Source of the DNA: Mobula hypostoma
Lineage: Eukaryota
Reading direction: 5' to 3'
Assembly: GCF_963921235.1 (NCBI RefSeq)
Contig: NC_086125.1
Span: 10,540,001 to 10,604,000 of the forward strand
DNA length: 64,000 bases
Numbering within the stretch: position 1 is the stretch's first letter; each line of letters starts with the position of its first letter. Of this stretch, positions 11,601 to 23,730 are shown piece by piece. The notes beneath the pieces were generated by a model. That model had not been told where the DNA came from, made no database searches, and saw only the letters and a program-made list of their open reading frames with translations. The position numbers and the translations under genes are program-made.

Positions 11601-11932
11601 CTCGGTGCCGAGGCAGTGCCCTGCTCTGGGTTCTGTGGCCCCAGTGTCTGCGAGATTCACGATGATTTGCTCTGCCCTGTGATGAACAGAGACCGAAGCT
11701 ACGCACCTGCTCGGGCTGCTCCTGGCTTCGAGTTTATGGACTCAGTTTTGTTCTGAACGCTCATGTTTGTAAGATTGTTTGCATGATTTGTTTTCTTTCC
11801 CCTCTGCGTATTGGGTGTTGGTTTTCAAACTGGTCTCTTTCGGGTTTCTTATTTTGTTGCTGCTGGAAACAATGTGAACTCCAGGTTCTATAATTTATCC
11901 TTTGGTAATAAATGTACTTTCAACTTTGAACA
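8610..11932 (+). mobile_element. Non-autonomous retroposon-like repeat, copy 2 (hosts the 27-mer array)
   Basis: Shares ATTTAA..CCGGGCCAGAT, TATGGACTCA, GTTCTGAA, ATTGTTTGCATGATTT and the AACTTTGAA end with copy 1. The 5' boundary is approximate. Confidence 0.6.
8656..11362 (+). repeat. 27 bp CpG-rich minisatellite with 33 bp variants, roughly 95-100 units
   Basis: Unit GAGGTCGAGGC(C/A)TGTTCGAGTCGG(G/A)GC, 4 CpG per unit. Confidence 0.97.
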
Positions 11933-12199
11933 TTGCTGTGATATCACTTATGAATAGATCTACTACTGATGTCAGCCTTTCAGGTTCTTTTCTTTCTCCT
12001 CCACCTTTCCCAAACAGTATTGCATTTGTACCTTCCAGTTCCATGGCGCGGTTCCAGAATCCATGGAATGAGAGGCAGCTATTTTAAAAAACTTAAACAC
12101 GAGAAAGTATGCAGACACTGGAAATCTTAAGCAACGCACACAAAATGCTGGGAGAAACTCAGCAGGTCTCGACTGAGAAGGGTCTTGGCCCGAAACATC

Positions 12200-13308
12200 A
12201 GAATTGGGCCATTTGGCCCATTGAGTCTGCTTGCCATTCAGTCAAGGATCAGCCATGATTGAATGATGGAGCAGACTCGATGGGCCAAATGACATAATTC
12301 TGCTCCTATGTCTTATGGCTGCTCCTTTATTCCCCTCCTCAGCCCTACTCCCTGGCCTTCTCCTCATTGGACCTTTGATGTCGTGTCCAATCAAGAACTA
12401 TCAAGCTCTGCCTTAAAGACACCCAACAACCTGGCCTCCACAGCCAGCTGTGGCAATAAATTCCACAAATTCACCACCCTCTGGCTAAAGAAATTTCTCT
12501 GCATCTCTGCTCTAAATGGCTGCCCCTCTATCCTGAGGCTCTGCCCTCTTGTCCTAGACTTTCCCACCATGGGAAACATCCTTTCCACGTCTACTTTGTC
12601 CAGGCCTTCCAACATTCAAAAGGTTTCAGTGAGATCCCCCTCATGCTTCTAAATTCCAGTGAGTACAGACTGAGAGCTATCAAACATTCCTCCTTTGATA
12701 ACCTTTCATTCCTAGAATCATCCTTGTGAACCTCCTCTGGACCCTCTCCAATGCCAGCACATCTTTTCTTAGGTGAGGAGCCCAAAACTGTTCACAATAC
12801 TCAAGGTGAGGCCTCACCAGTGCCTTATAAAGCCTCAGCATCACATCCTTGCTCTTGTATTCTAGACCTCTTGAAATGAATGCTAACATTGCATTTGCCT
12901 TCCTCACCACTGACTCAACCTGCAAGTTAACCTGCAGGGTGTTCTGCACAAGGACTCCCAAGTTGCCTTGCATTTCAGATTTTTGGATTTTCTTCCCATC
13001 TGGAAAATAGTCTGCACATTTACTTCTACTACCAAAGAGCACGACCATACATTTTCCAACATTGTATTTCATTTGCCACTCTCTTGCCCATTCTCCTAAT
13101 CTGTCTAAGTCCTTCTGCAGCTTACCCGTTTCCTCAACACGACCTGCGCCTCCACCAATTTTTGATTCATCTGCAAACCTGACAATAAAGCCATCTATTC
13201 CATCATCTAAATCATTGATATACAGCATAAAAAGAAGTGGTCCCAACACCGACCCCTGCGGAACACCACTAGTCACTGGCAGCCAACCAGACAAGGATGC
13301 TTTTATTC
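12200..13308 (-). mobile_element. CR1 LINE 3' fragment (RT)
   Basis: GVPQGSVLGPLLF, YINDLD, LYKALVRPHLEYC, LERVQRRFTRMI. Confidence 0.93.
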
Positions 13309-13789
13309 CAAGCGTTTTGTGTGTGTCGCTATTTTTAAAATCTGCTATTTTTTTTTAAAGGCATATTTTTTTCAAAGCTTTGGCCGACACAATGTAAGAA
13401 TCAGAACCTTTATCTATTTTTACTTTTAATTTTAACAATCCAGCTCGGATAGGCCTGCTGGCTCTTCGAGTTATGCCACTCCAGTAACCCCTGCTGAGTT
13501 CTTCCAGCATTTTGTGTGTGTATTGCTGTTTTCGAAGACATTTTTTTGAAACTTTGGCCGACACAATGTAAGAATTTGAACACCTATCTATTTTTGTTTA
13601 TTTTATTTAGTGATACAGTGTGGAGTTGGCCCTTCGAGCCTCGTTGTCTCAGCAACCCATGACAAACACGATTAACCCGAACCTAATCATGGGACAATTT
13701 ACAATGACCAACCAATCTGCTCTGGCTTTCCCCCCCACAGTCCTTGTGTCATCTGCAAGTTCACTAATCAGCCTGACTAATCAGAGGGA

Positions 13790-14442
13790 GGAGATGATGG
13801 CGGTGCGACGCAGCGCGTGCGGACATTCTGAATGATATCATACCTGTGAAGTAGGATGCCGTGCACAATCCTGATTTGACAGAGACAGACGTGAAGAAGC
13901 ACGGAGGAACATCTGGAGAAACTTCTGAAATGCCCGCTTCGCTGCCGTTGCTACTGTGCGATCGAGAATCTCCGAAGGGGAAGGCCCCAAATCCTCGGCT
14001 TTGCCTATTGCCTGTTGCCGGGGCTGGGGTCGAAGCGCTCGGCAGAGATAGTGCTCGGTGTCGAAGAGGTGGGTCGGAGGCTCGGAGTTTTCAGACGGAC
14101 TTGGAGTGGGACTGTGGTTGGATGCTTCCAGGATGCTGCATCGGCAAGTTTGCAGCGCTGGAGGTTCACCGTCTGCGTGAGATGATGGGACTTTCGAGAG
14201 ACTTTGAGACTTTTATACCGTGCCCATGGTCTGTTCTTATCAAATTACGGTATTGCTTTGCACTGTTGTAACTATATGTTATAATTATGCGGTTTTTGTC
14301 AGTTTTTCAGTCTTGGTTTGTCATGTGTTTCTGTGATATCATTCTGGAAAAACATTGTATCATTTCTTAATGCATACATTACTAAATGACAATAAAAGAG
14401 GACTGCGTGTCCTCATAATCTAATCTAATCTAATAATCTAAT
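13790..14442 (+). mobile_element. Non-coding retroposon-like repeat with (TAATC)n tail
   Basis: CpG-rich 5' end, AT-rich 3' end, AATAAA followed by TAATCTAATCTAATC. Confidence 0.55.
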
Positions 14443-15009
14443 ATGAGTGAGTGAGGCCTCTGTCAGTCAGGGTTGACCGCGGATGTTGTATCTTACCTGT
14501 CTATATACACTAGCCTGGGCAGTTCGATATGGAGAGCGAGCAGCTGCCCATGTAGCTGGCTCCCCCTCTCCACGCAGCTGATGAAGTGAAAGGAATGGCA
14601 GAGACCGATACAGTTTGGTGCCAGCCGTGTTGCGGGAGTGTCTGGTCACTGTTGAACTCAACATACGACTGCCTTAGGGATACCAGCTCCAGATTTTTCC
14701 CTCGGGGTTTACTCCCAAAGCCTTTCCCACGTGCGGGTAGAGCTGCAAGGCAGCGGAGGTTTGAGATCAGAGTCTTCCTTCTGCTAGATGAGCTGCCGAC
14801 CACAGCTGATGAGCCCCATCTGTCCGAAGCGACTGGTTTTAAAGCACCAGTAACCTGCCTTTTCCCCTTCTACTATCAGTGGAAATGGTTCCGCGGGGCT
14901 TAGTAGCTAAGCTACATGTGAAGGCCAACAGTTGGACTTAGTTGTCAAAGAGTATTTGAGGTACTTGTCCCCTTTACCATGCCCAGCCATACCAACTTTA
15001 AGGAACCAA

Positions 15010-15800
15010 ATCATTGGTATATACATCACAAATAACAGTGGTCCATCACTGATCCTGACGGAACACCACTGATACATAACAGATATCTAACTGGACTAAC
15101 ACCTCTCTCTCTCCTGTAGCTGTCAGTTTTGAATCCAGTCTACCTTGGACTCCATGTGCCTTAACCTTCTGGATCAGCCTCCCATGATGGACCACATCAA
15201 CGGCTTTCCTAAAGGCTGTGTATACGACATCCACTGCCCTCCCCTCATTGATCATCATTGTCACCTCCTCAAAAACTCAACCGTTTGTAAGACATGACCT
15301 CCTCTACAGAAGGCAATGAAAACTGTCCCTAATACGTCTGTACTTTCCTCGGTGTAAGTATACCCTATTCCAAGGAATCTCTTCCCATAATTTCGCTACC
15401 TCTAATGTGAGGCTCCCATTCCTCCTTTGTCTCTTTTGGCTTTCATGAACAGAGGACCAACCTTCGATTCTACGATCCTCAGGGACCATACCTATAGCTA
15501 AAGAGGGTACAAAGACCTCTGTCAAGGGCCCAGTAACCTCTTCCCTTGCCTTCTTCAGTCACCTGGCATAGATCCCTTTAGTCTATGGTGACTATCTATA
15601 TTAATGTTCTTCAAGAAACCCAACGCCTTCATGACATCAACATGCTCTGGAATAGGAGTAAACCCCTGCCTGATGTCACTATCCTCCATGTCCTTCTCCA
15701 TGGACAATACTGATGTGAAGTACATTTCGTACCTCAGCCCCTTCCTCTGGCTGCAGGTGCAAGTTCTCTTTCTTTTTGTCCTTGAGTGGTCCTACACACT
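15010..15800 (-). mobile_element. Degraded CR1 LINE RT fragment
   Basis: GRAVDVVYTAFRKAVDVVHHGRLIQKV; GMVPEDRR. Confidence 0.75.
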
Positions 15801-16109
15801 TCCTTGTTACCCACTTTCCTTTAGCATGCCATGGGATTGTGTTAATCCTAACAGGACATTAAATGGCCCTTATAGCCTTCCCCCACCCCCCCAAATTCTT
15901 GTTTTCATTCTTCTCTGCTTCCTCTGCATGTATGTCTTTATAGAGTGGAGGGTTAGTCCCTCTGACCCTTCGAGCCACGCCATCCCACAACCCCGATTAA
16001 CCCTAACCCAATCACAGGACAATTTACAATGACCAACTAACCTACCCACTACATCTTTGGACTGTGGGAGGAAAGAGGAGGACCCGGAGGAAACCCACAC
16101 ATTCCATGG

Positions 16110-16146
16110 GGTCCTGACGAGGGGTCTCGGCCGGAAACGTCGACTG
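16110..16146 (+). ncRNA. Hammerhead ribozyme motif, core intact, stem II partly mutated
   Basis: GGTC-CTGACGA-GGGGTCTCGGCCG-GAAA-CGTC-GACTG. Confidence 0.6.
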
Positions 16147-16889
16147 TACCTCTTCCTAGAGATGCTGCCTGGCCTGCTGCGTTAACCAGCAACTTTGATG
16201 TGTGTTGCCATTCCACGGGGTCTCCCTACAGAATAGCGTTGGAATTCAACTCCAGAAAGCCCTGAGCTGTAATAGCGTTGGGCTAACCGTTGTGATTCCC
16301 ATACATTCATTAACTACTCTGTCCAGATGCGGCTTCCCAAACCTTGCATATATTTCCTTTCTGTTCTCTTTTACTAAATTTGCAACATCTCTTCTCATCT
16401 AAGGTTTCTCAACCATGCCATCCCCCTCCTTCTTCGTGGAGACACAGACCAGATGAAGATGTCTCGACCCAATATATCGGCTGTGCACTTCCCCCTCACA
16501 GATTTGTTTTCTTTGCTTGCCTTCCTAACAAGAACGTGTTGATCCTGAGTTCTGATCAGATGACCTTTAAACGACTCCCACATATCAGACGTGGACTCGC
16601 CCAACAACAGCGTTCCGGTGTATGCTTCCCAGCTCCTGTCTTACTAAACTTTTCCCAATTTAGCACTTTCTTCCTGAGATCTAGTCTTATCCTTATTATC
16701 TGAAAACTCAGTTGTGATCATTGTTCCCAAAATGCTCACCCATCCCCAGCTGAGATCTCTTTGTGGAGGGTCCTCCCACTTTACAGTGGGAACTTGAAGT
16801 GGGAAGTGTTGAACAGAGCAGTTTTGTGTAACATATCCTTGTCAGTTGCTTGTCATTTCTGTGGCCAGGAGGAGCTGATGTATCATGTT

Positions 16890-17418
16890 CATTACTGTGA
16901 AAAAGTCTTGGGCACCCTAGCCTATATGTGCCTAAAACTTTTGCACAGTACTATACTTGTCAATGTGTAGTGGAGAGGAAGTTGTAAATCTGGCGGGAGT
17001 GAAAGATGTTGGGAATGGTGAGGGTGGAGGCCACAGGAGTGGTGTGGGACAGGTGGCAGGGGGAGGGGTGCCAGGAGTAAGGGGTGGTGAGGGTGCAGAC
17101 ACACCCACTTCTGACACATCATACAAGGTCATTTGATTCTAAACAGTCAGTTTATTGATCATTGCAGAATGTCTCTCTGGTGCTTCCCAATTCCTCCCCT
17201 CTCCCTGCCATGACTCCCTTCTCCCTGTCGCCTTCCCACTCTCAGTCCACAAGAGAGACTCATATCAGAATCGGTTTATCACCACTTACATGTCATGAAA
17301 TCTGTTTTTGTTTTCTGCCAGCAGTACAGTGCATTACATAAAATTACTACAGTACTGTGCCAAGGTCTTAGGCATCCTGGCTATATAAATACAAGCCTAA
17401 GACATTTGCACAGTACTG
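16890..17418. mobile_element. Insertion bounded by two copies of a ~65 bp Tc1-like palindrome
   Basis: Consensus CAGTACTGTGCAAAAGTCTTAGGCA...TGCCTAAGACTTTTGCACAGTACTG hairpins at 16890-16952 and 17350-17418; interrupts an L1/Tx1-like CHFCGQEE...HV/YMECERLQPL fragment. Confidence 0.65.
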
Positions 17419-17777
17419 TTTATATGGAGTGTGAGAGGTTGCAGCCTCTGTCTCAGTAACTGAAGAGCCTACTCCTCAGGTTAGATTTTCTGAGATGATC
17501 AACACCCAGGAACTTGAAGCTCCAGATACTTTCCACTTCTGATCCCTCATGAGGACTTGCGTGTGCTCTCCCGACTTCCCCTTCAAGACCACAGTCAATT
17601 CCTTGGTCTGGTTGACTTTGAGTGTGAGGTTGTTGTTCTAACAACACTCAACCAGCCAATCTGTCACCCAATACAACTACCCTGTTTTATTTCTTTCCAA
17701 AATTTGTTTCTCTTTCTCTGCTGGCTATTGGTAGACCCATGGTATAGCACAATCATAATGACTGCATCTTTCTTATA

Positions 17778-19381
17778 CAAACCCCATCTCCAGAAAAGTT
17801 GGGATATTTACCAAAATGCAATAAAAACAAAAATCTGTGATATGTTAATTCACGTGAACCTTTATTTAACTGACAAAAGTACAAAGAAAAGATTTTCAAC
17901 AGTTTTACTGACCAATTTAATTGTATTTTGTAAACATACACAAATTTAGAATTTGATGGCTGCAACACACTCAACAGAAGTTGGGACAGAGGCATGTTTA
18001 CGATTGTGTTACATCACCTTTTCTTTTAATAACACTTTTTAATCATCTTGGAACTGAGGATACTAATTGCAGTAGATTTGCAATTGGAAATTTTGTCCAT
18101 TCTTGTTTGATATAAGACTTCAGCTGCTCGACAGTCCGTGGTCTCCGTTGTGTGATTCTCCTCTTCATGATGCGCCATACATTTTCAATAGGAGATAGAT
18201 CTGGACTGGCAGCAGTCCAGTCAAACACATGCACTCTGTGTCTACAAAGCCACGCTGTTGTAGCCCGTGCAGAATGTGGTCTGGCATTGTCCTGCTGAAA
18301 TAAGCATGGACGTCCCGGGAAGAGACGTCGCCTTGATGGCAACATATGTCTCTCTAAAATCCTAATATACGCCTCAGAGTCAATGGTACCTTCAGATACA
18401 TGCAACTCACCCATGCCATGGGCACTGATGTACCCCCATACCATCACAGATGCTGGCTTTTGCACCTTTCGCTGATAACAATCTGGATGGTCGTTTTCAT
18501 CTTTGGCACGGGGAACTCAATGCCCGTTTTTTCCGAAAACTAACTGAAATGTGGACTCATCTGACCACTGCACATGGTTCCACAGTCTTTTGGTCCATCT
18601 GAGATGAGCTCGGGCCCAGAGAACTCGCCGGCGTTTCTTCATAGAGTTGATGTATGGCTTCCTCCTTGCGTAATACAGTTTCAAGTTGCATTTCTGGATG
18701 CAGCGACGGACTGTGTTGAGTGACAATGGTTTTCTGAAATACTCCCGAGCCCAGGTGGTTATAATTGTCACAGTAGCATGACGGTTTCTTAGGCAGTGCA
18801 GCCTGAGGGCTCGAAGATCACGCGCATTCAACAGTGGTTTCTGACCTTGCCCGTTACGCACTGAGATGTCTCTGAATTCTCTGAATCTTTTCACAATATT
18901 ATGTACTGTAGATGTTGAAAGACCTAAATTCTCTGCAATCTTGCATTGAGAAATATTCCTTTTGAACTGACTAACAATTCTCGCACGAATTTTGGCACAA
19001 AGGGGTGAGCCACGGCCCATCCTTGCTTGCAAGGACTGAGCCTTTGATGGACACTACTTTTATACCCAGTCATGATACCTCACCTGCTACCAATTAACCT
19101 GCTTAATGTGGAGTCTTCCAAACCGGTGTTACTTGAATATTCTGTACACTTTTCAATCTTATTTTAACTCTGTCCCAACTTTTGTTGAGTGTGTTGCAGC
19201 CATCAAATTCTAAATTTGTGTATGTTTACAAAATACAGTTAAGTTGGTCAGTAAGACTATTGAAAATCTTTTCTTTGTACTTTTGTCAGTTAAATAAAGG
19301 TTCACCTGAATTAACATGTCGCAGATTTTTGTTTTTATTGCATTTTGGAAAATATCCCAACTTTTCTGGAAATGGGGTTTG
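17778..19381 (-). mobile_element. Tc1/mariner DNA transposon (DD34E) with long terminal inverted repeats
   Basis: TIRs of about 214 bp at 17778-17991 and 19168-19381, TA on both flanks, transposase inside. Confidence 0.97.
17998..19020 (-). pseudogene. Tc1 transposase, 340 codons, two in-frame TGA stops, no frameshift
   Basis: MGRGSPLC..., WSDES, FQQDNARPH, SPDLSPIE with 34 residues between D and E; stops at 18519-18517 and 18045-18043; terminal TAA at 18000-17998. Confidence 0.93.
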
Positions 19382-20279
19382 TACATGAGCTCACCCTCTA
19401 TTGTCTCATTGGACGAACCCTTTAGGATGGCCCATCTAATTGCTGCTATGATATTCTCCCTGATCAGTAGTGCAAACTCCCCACCCAACTGTCTTGGAGT
19501 CATTGTCTTGGCGTTAAAAGATGTGGATTTGGGAGGTGCTGTCAGAATAGCCTGAGCAACTAAGTGGAATGCATTTCATAAACGGTACACGCTTTAGCCT
19601 CTTTGCCCTGACAGCGGGGAGAATGAATGTTCGGGATGCCAATCACATTATCCGTGTCACATTAACTGTGTCTAATTCTTCACCGTTGTTCCACTAACCT
19701 GGATGAGTCGAAGGTATTCCATCATGTCCCTGACCTGCTTGTAGATGGCGGAAGGCTTTAAAGTGTCACTACAAGATACCCAGCTTGGACTAGCTTTATA
19801 GCAATGGCATTATGTAGCTGGTGCAGTTGAGTTTCAGATCACTGGTGGGAGATGGCATAGTTATGCTACTGAACGTCAAAAAGTTTATAACCCAACTTTA
19901 TGTTGGGGATGGTCCTTGTCTGACTCTCCTGAGAACTGAAGGTTACGGGCCAGTTATCGGTCTTCATCTGAAAGTTGCCTGGCTCTTGATACATGCAGGC
20001 ATGGACTATTTCAGAGAAACCACAAATGGAATTGAAGATTGTGCAATTATCAGTGATCCTGCAATGGAAAGCCATTAATGAAGTGCGTCTCACAAGATGT
20101 CCCACGAACTCCTGCAGTGATACCCTTGGCCTCAGATGATTTATCTCCATCAGTCACAACTATCTTCCTTTACGTGAGAAATGATGCAAATCATTGGAGA
20201 CTTTCCCCTTGGTACCCATTAACTTCAGATTCACCAGGGCTCCCTAATGCTGTACACTATCAACTGCAGCCTTGATGTT

Positions 20280-20808
20280 TCTGGACCCCAATTTTGGGCC
20301 CCGTATCTAAGAAAGGATGTGCTGGCATTGGAAAGTATCCAAAGGAAGTTTATAAGAATTATCCCAGGAATGAAAGGGTATGAGGAACATGTGATGGCTC
20401 TAGGCCTGAACTAACTGGAGTTTATAAGAATGAGGGGGAATCTCATTAAAACCTACAAAACATTGAAAGGCCTAGAAAAAGTGGACGTGGAGAGGATGTT
20501 TCCTACAGTGGGAGAGGCTAGAACCAGAGGGTACAGCTTCAGAATAGAAAGATGTCCCTTTACGACAGAGATGAGATATTTGCTTGGCCACTGGGTGATG
20601 AATTTGAGGAAGTCATTGCCTCAAGCAGCTGGGGAGGTCGAGTCATTTGGTGTGTTTAAAGTAGAAGTTGACAGGTTCTTGGTTAGTAAGGGCATCAAAG
20701 GTTATGGGGGGAAAGCAGGGGAATGGAGTTGAGGGAGAGGGAAAATAAATCAGCCAATGGCAGAGCAGACTTGATGGGACAATTAGCCTAATTTTGCTTC
20801 TATGTACT
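20280..20808 (+). mobile_element. CR1 LINE 3' fragment
   Basis: MRGNLIKTYK.LKGLEKVDVERMFP...GIKGYG. Confidence 0.85.
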
Positions 20809-21696
20809 ATAGAATTCAGCTCTTTGGTCCCGATTTGGACCAAGGCTCCAATGAAGTTTAGAGCCTCATACTCCCAGCGAAACGCACAATAAGGTTTGGT
20901 GTGCAGGTTATCGGTGAGTAAATACTTTTACACAGCATCCTCAACAGCACTTTACTGATGAGTGACTTGGCTGGTAATTAGACTGGATTTGACCTGGACT
21001 TACTGGGGCGACTTTCCACATTGCCAGGTCGGTGTCAGTACTGCTTTATGCTGGACTAGTCTGGCTAGTGGCACATTATCATTCGAGATGACTTCTACCA
21101 CATACTTACTGATGGTTTCTGTTGCTACCTTTCATCCTGTTGGGGATGTCCCTGCATCTAAGGAAGTTGAAAATGTCCCTGAACTTAAGGAAGTTGGCAA
21201 TATCATGACTTATGAATCCAATATATATGCAGCCATGTCTTTTGGAATCATTTGAAGTCTTAGCCAAACCCGCCCATAACCTTCCTTCCACCAAACCCAA
21301 TGGTCACCATCAGGGAATGCTTCCTTTGTGCATCTGTGGTTTGGTCAAATTCAATGAATTTCAAGATGCATTTTATTCTATTCATATTAGTTTAATCCAA
21401 ACATACACCACATTGTGCTTCTTTTCAATCATCAGAGTATTTCAACATTTAATGAAAATTCACATTCTGCACAGGGCAGGCAGCTTATCAGTCACTGAAC
21501 TCCCAAAAGGATTAGTTAATTGCTGAGGAGCACCTTGGATTGATCCTTGTCTTAATGTTTCTGGGAGCTCTGTTCCATTCATCCTCACGTCTGCTTGATG
21601 CTGCTACTGGCAACGGCACTAACAGCTAAGCAGAGTGGTGAGAACACAATGCTATCATCCACAAGCCATGCCTGGGCTACTCGCCCACCTGTGACA

Positions 21697-22275
21697 ACAC
21701 AGGCGAGATGCTGGAGGAACTCGGTGGGCCGGGTGGGGGTGCACAGTCCATAGAAATTAGAGAATTTGATGTTGATGCCAACAAGTTGGGATACGAGGTG
21801 TTGTTCCATGGCATCAACACGGCAGTAAAGGAGGCCATGGACAGGCCTGTTAGTGTGGAAATAGGAAGTGATAACCACTTCCCAATGTCCCCCATGTTGT
21901 TTCCCATTATTCCTGTGGCCCCCTTACCATTGTTCTTTCCGCTTCCTCACCTTCACTTTCCTCCCTCTGGTTCCTCACCTCCTTTGTGTTATTCCATGGT
22001 CTCCTGTCCTCTCCAACCAGATTTTTTCTTTTCCGGTCCTTTGCCTCTATTGTATGTCATACCCTAGCTTCTCACATTATTTTCTCCCTCCCCCAGTCAC
22101 CACCCTTTCACCTGCCAGATTGTGCACCTTTCCCCCCAACCCTTCCCCTTTTATTGTGGCTTCTGCCCTCTTCCTTTCCAGTCTTGATGAAGGGCCTCGG
22201 CCCAAAACATTGACTGTTCTCTCCCTCCGTAGATGCTGCTCGACCTGCTGAGTTCCACCAGATTTCCAGCATCTG
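21697..22275. mobile_element. Penelope-like remnant with inverted arms
   Basis: ATGCTGGAGGAACTC at left; HGLLYCR...EQHL-like text on the minus strand; degenerate hammerhead 22179-22216 and tail at right. Confidence 0.65.
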
Positions 22276-23627
22276 AAGATGCATCTGAAGATTCATCCAG
22301 CTGCAAGAGCTCTGCCTTTTTGTAGCTCCAAGGTTCCTTTCCTTCTGGCAAATACTTCTCTATTACAAAGACAGCATGACAGATAATTCTGAAGTGGCTC
22401 CTTCTGATGCAGCTGTGTATTTATATTACACTACATCCCTGCATCCCTAAAGTGCAGGAAGAGGCAAAATCCCTGCAAGTTATTACCCGAGATCTTCTTC
22501 CAGGGCTGGTGCACAGAAGGTCCAGGATTCTCACCTCCTATCAGCAGCGCGTCCTTATCTAGACCAGCCATTTGGACCACCCGTGCCAAGAGAGGGAAGC
22601 CTGTGATATTCCGTTGGAAAGCTATGATACTGATATCTGGCAATTTCCACTGCATGTTCAAACTATCCCCACTCTTGTCCTTGTTGGTGTCCACCAAATG
22701 TTAAGAAGGTGAACAGACAACCTACATCTGATGTACAGTTTGAAGCTACCCTTTCCAAATTTCTAGATATCATTCAGACAGTCCATGCACAAAGTCTCTC
22801 CCCAGTGTTTATTTAATTTCTAGTCATCCCCATCTATTGTTCTACTGACCCCAAAATAATAATCCTATCTAAGCTCCAGACAGTTTACATCCAAAGTCCA
22901 CACAGTCTTCATTAAGTTCATCCAGATATACCATCCCCACCCAATGTCAACAGATAATCTTGTCTTTAATGTCAATCTGATTCCCAGCCAATATCCCCAC
23001 CCGATGTCTAGAGAATCTCCCCCCTCGATGTCCAACGTATGTGACTGTACCAGAGAGCCAGCCAGTCCTCACCGAATGTCCAGCCAGTAGCCACCAATGT
23101 CCAGATGATCTCGCACATTCCCCATCCATTATCCAGATGATGTCTACCCCAGCTCCCCCTTGATCTTGTGAGGGTATCTTTGCTTATTCCTATAGTCAGA
23201 TGATGAGTGAAATGACATTGTGGAATTCCAGCGATAATGAAGGTCAGAGCCCATCTGTTGGAAGGCCCTGGCCTGGGAAAGTATGGAAAAGTCACCCCTA
23301 ATCCACTTAGTAAACCAGCAGCAGAGAGACACTCCCCCCACCCACCCCAGACCAGTCACAAACAGCCTCGATAACAAACCATGGCTCCAAGCAGAAGTGG
23401 GGGCAGCTGTAACAGCAGCAACACTTACAGGGGATCTCGTACCTGTTCCTAAGGATGGTGTTTGCCAACAGAGAGGATTGGTGCTCCACTCAAAAGGATT
23501 GAGAAGAACAGAAACAAAAGGTGATACCACAGGGAAATGTTCCTACAAATCTGACAATCACTAGACTCTACATGAGTGAGACTGCAGTTCATGCAAAGCT
23601 GTACACGCACTGGGCTCCGTCTGGAAT

Positions 23628-23730
23628 TCAGACTTCACTCATCACCGACCGAGTGGCAATCAACACATCCGGCGTCGAGGGGAAGAAGCAGGATCGTTCA
23701 TGTTCCTTCTGAGAATTCAGCTGAACAATT
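23628..23730 (-). CDS. PLPPR2: PLPPR2 terminal exon: frame A NCSAEFSEGT* (stop 23700-23698) or frame B IVQLNSQ...RSVMSEV* (stop 23630-23628)
   Basis: Strong acceptor ctctttcccttccag| at 23730. Frame A resembles the PLPPR1-type 10-residue tail (recalled NHSASMTEVT). A candidate polyA signal AATAAA lies on the minus strand at 22813-22808. Confidence 0.7.

Noticed and set aside
12200-12320. Hairpin that could be a pre-miRNA
   Set aside because: Both arms are the CR1 3' tail in inverted orientation, so it is a transposon rearrangement.
22179-22216. Further hammerhead-like motifs (also near 1451, 7662, 12171, 16447, 45400, 52221 and 54503)
   Set aside because: The CUGANGA or GAAA core is mutated, so they are counted as decayed copies rather than functional RNAs.
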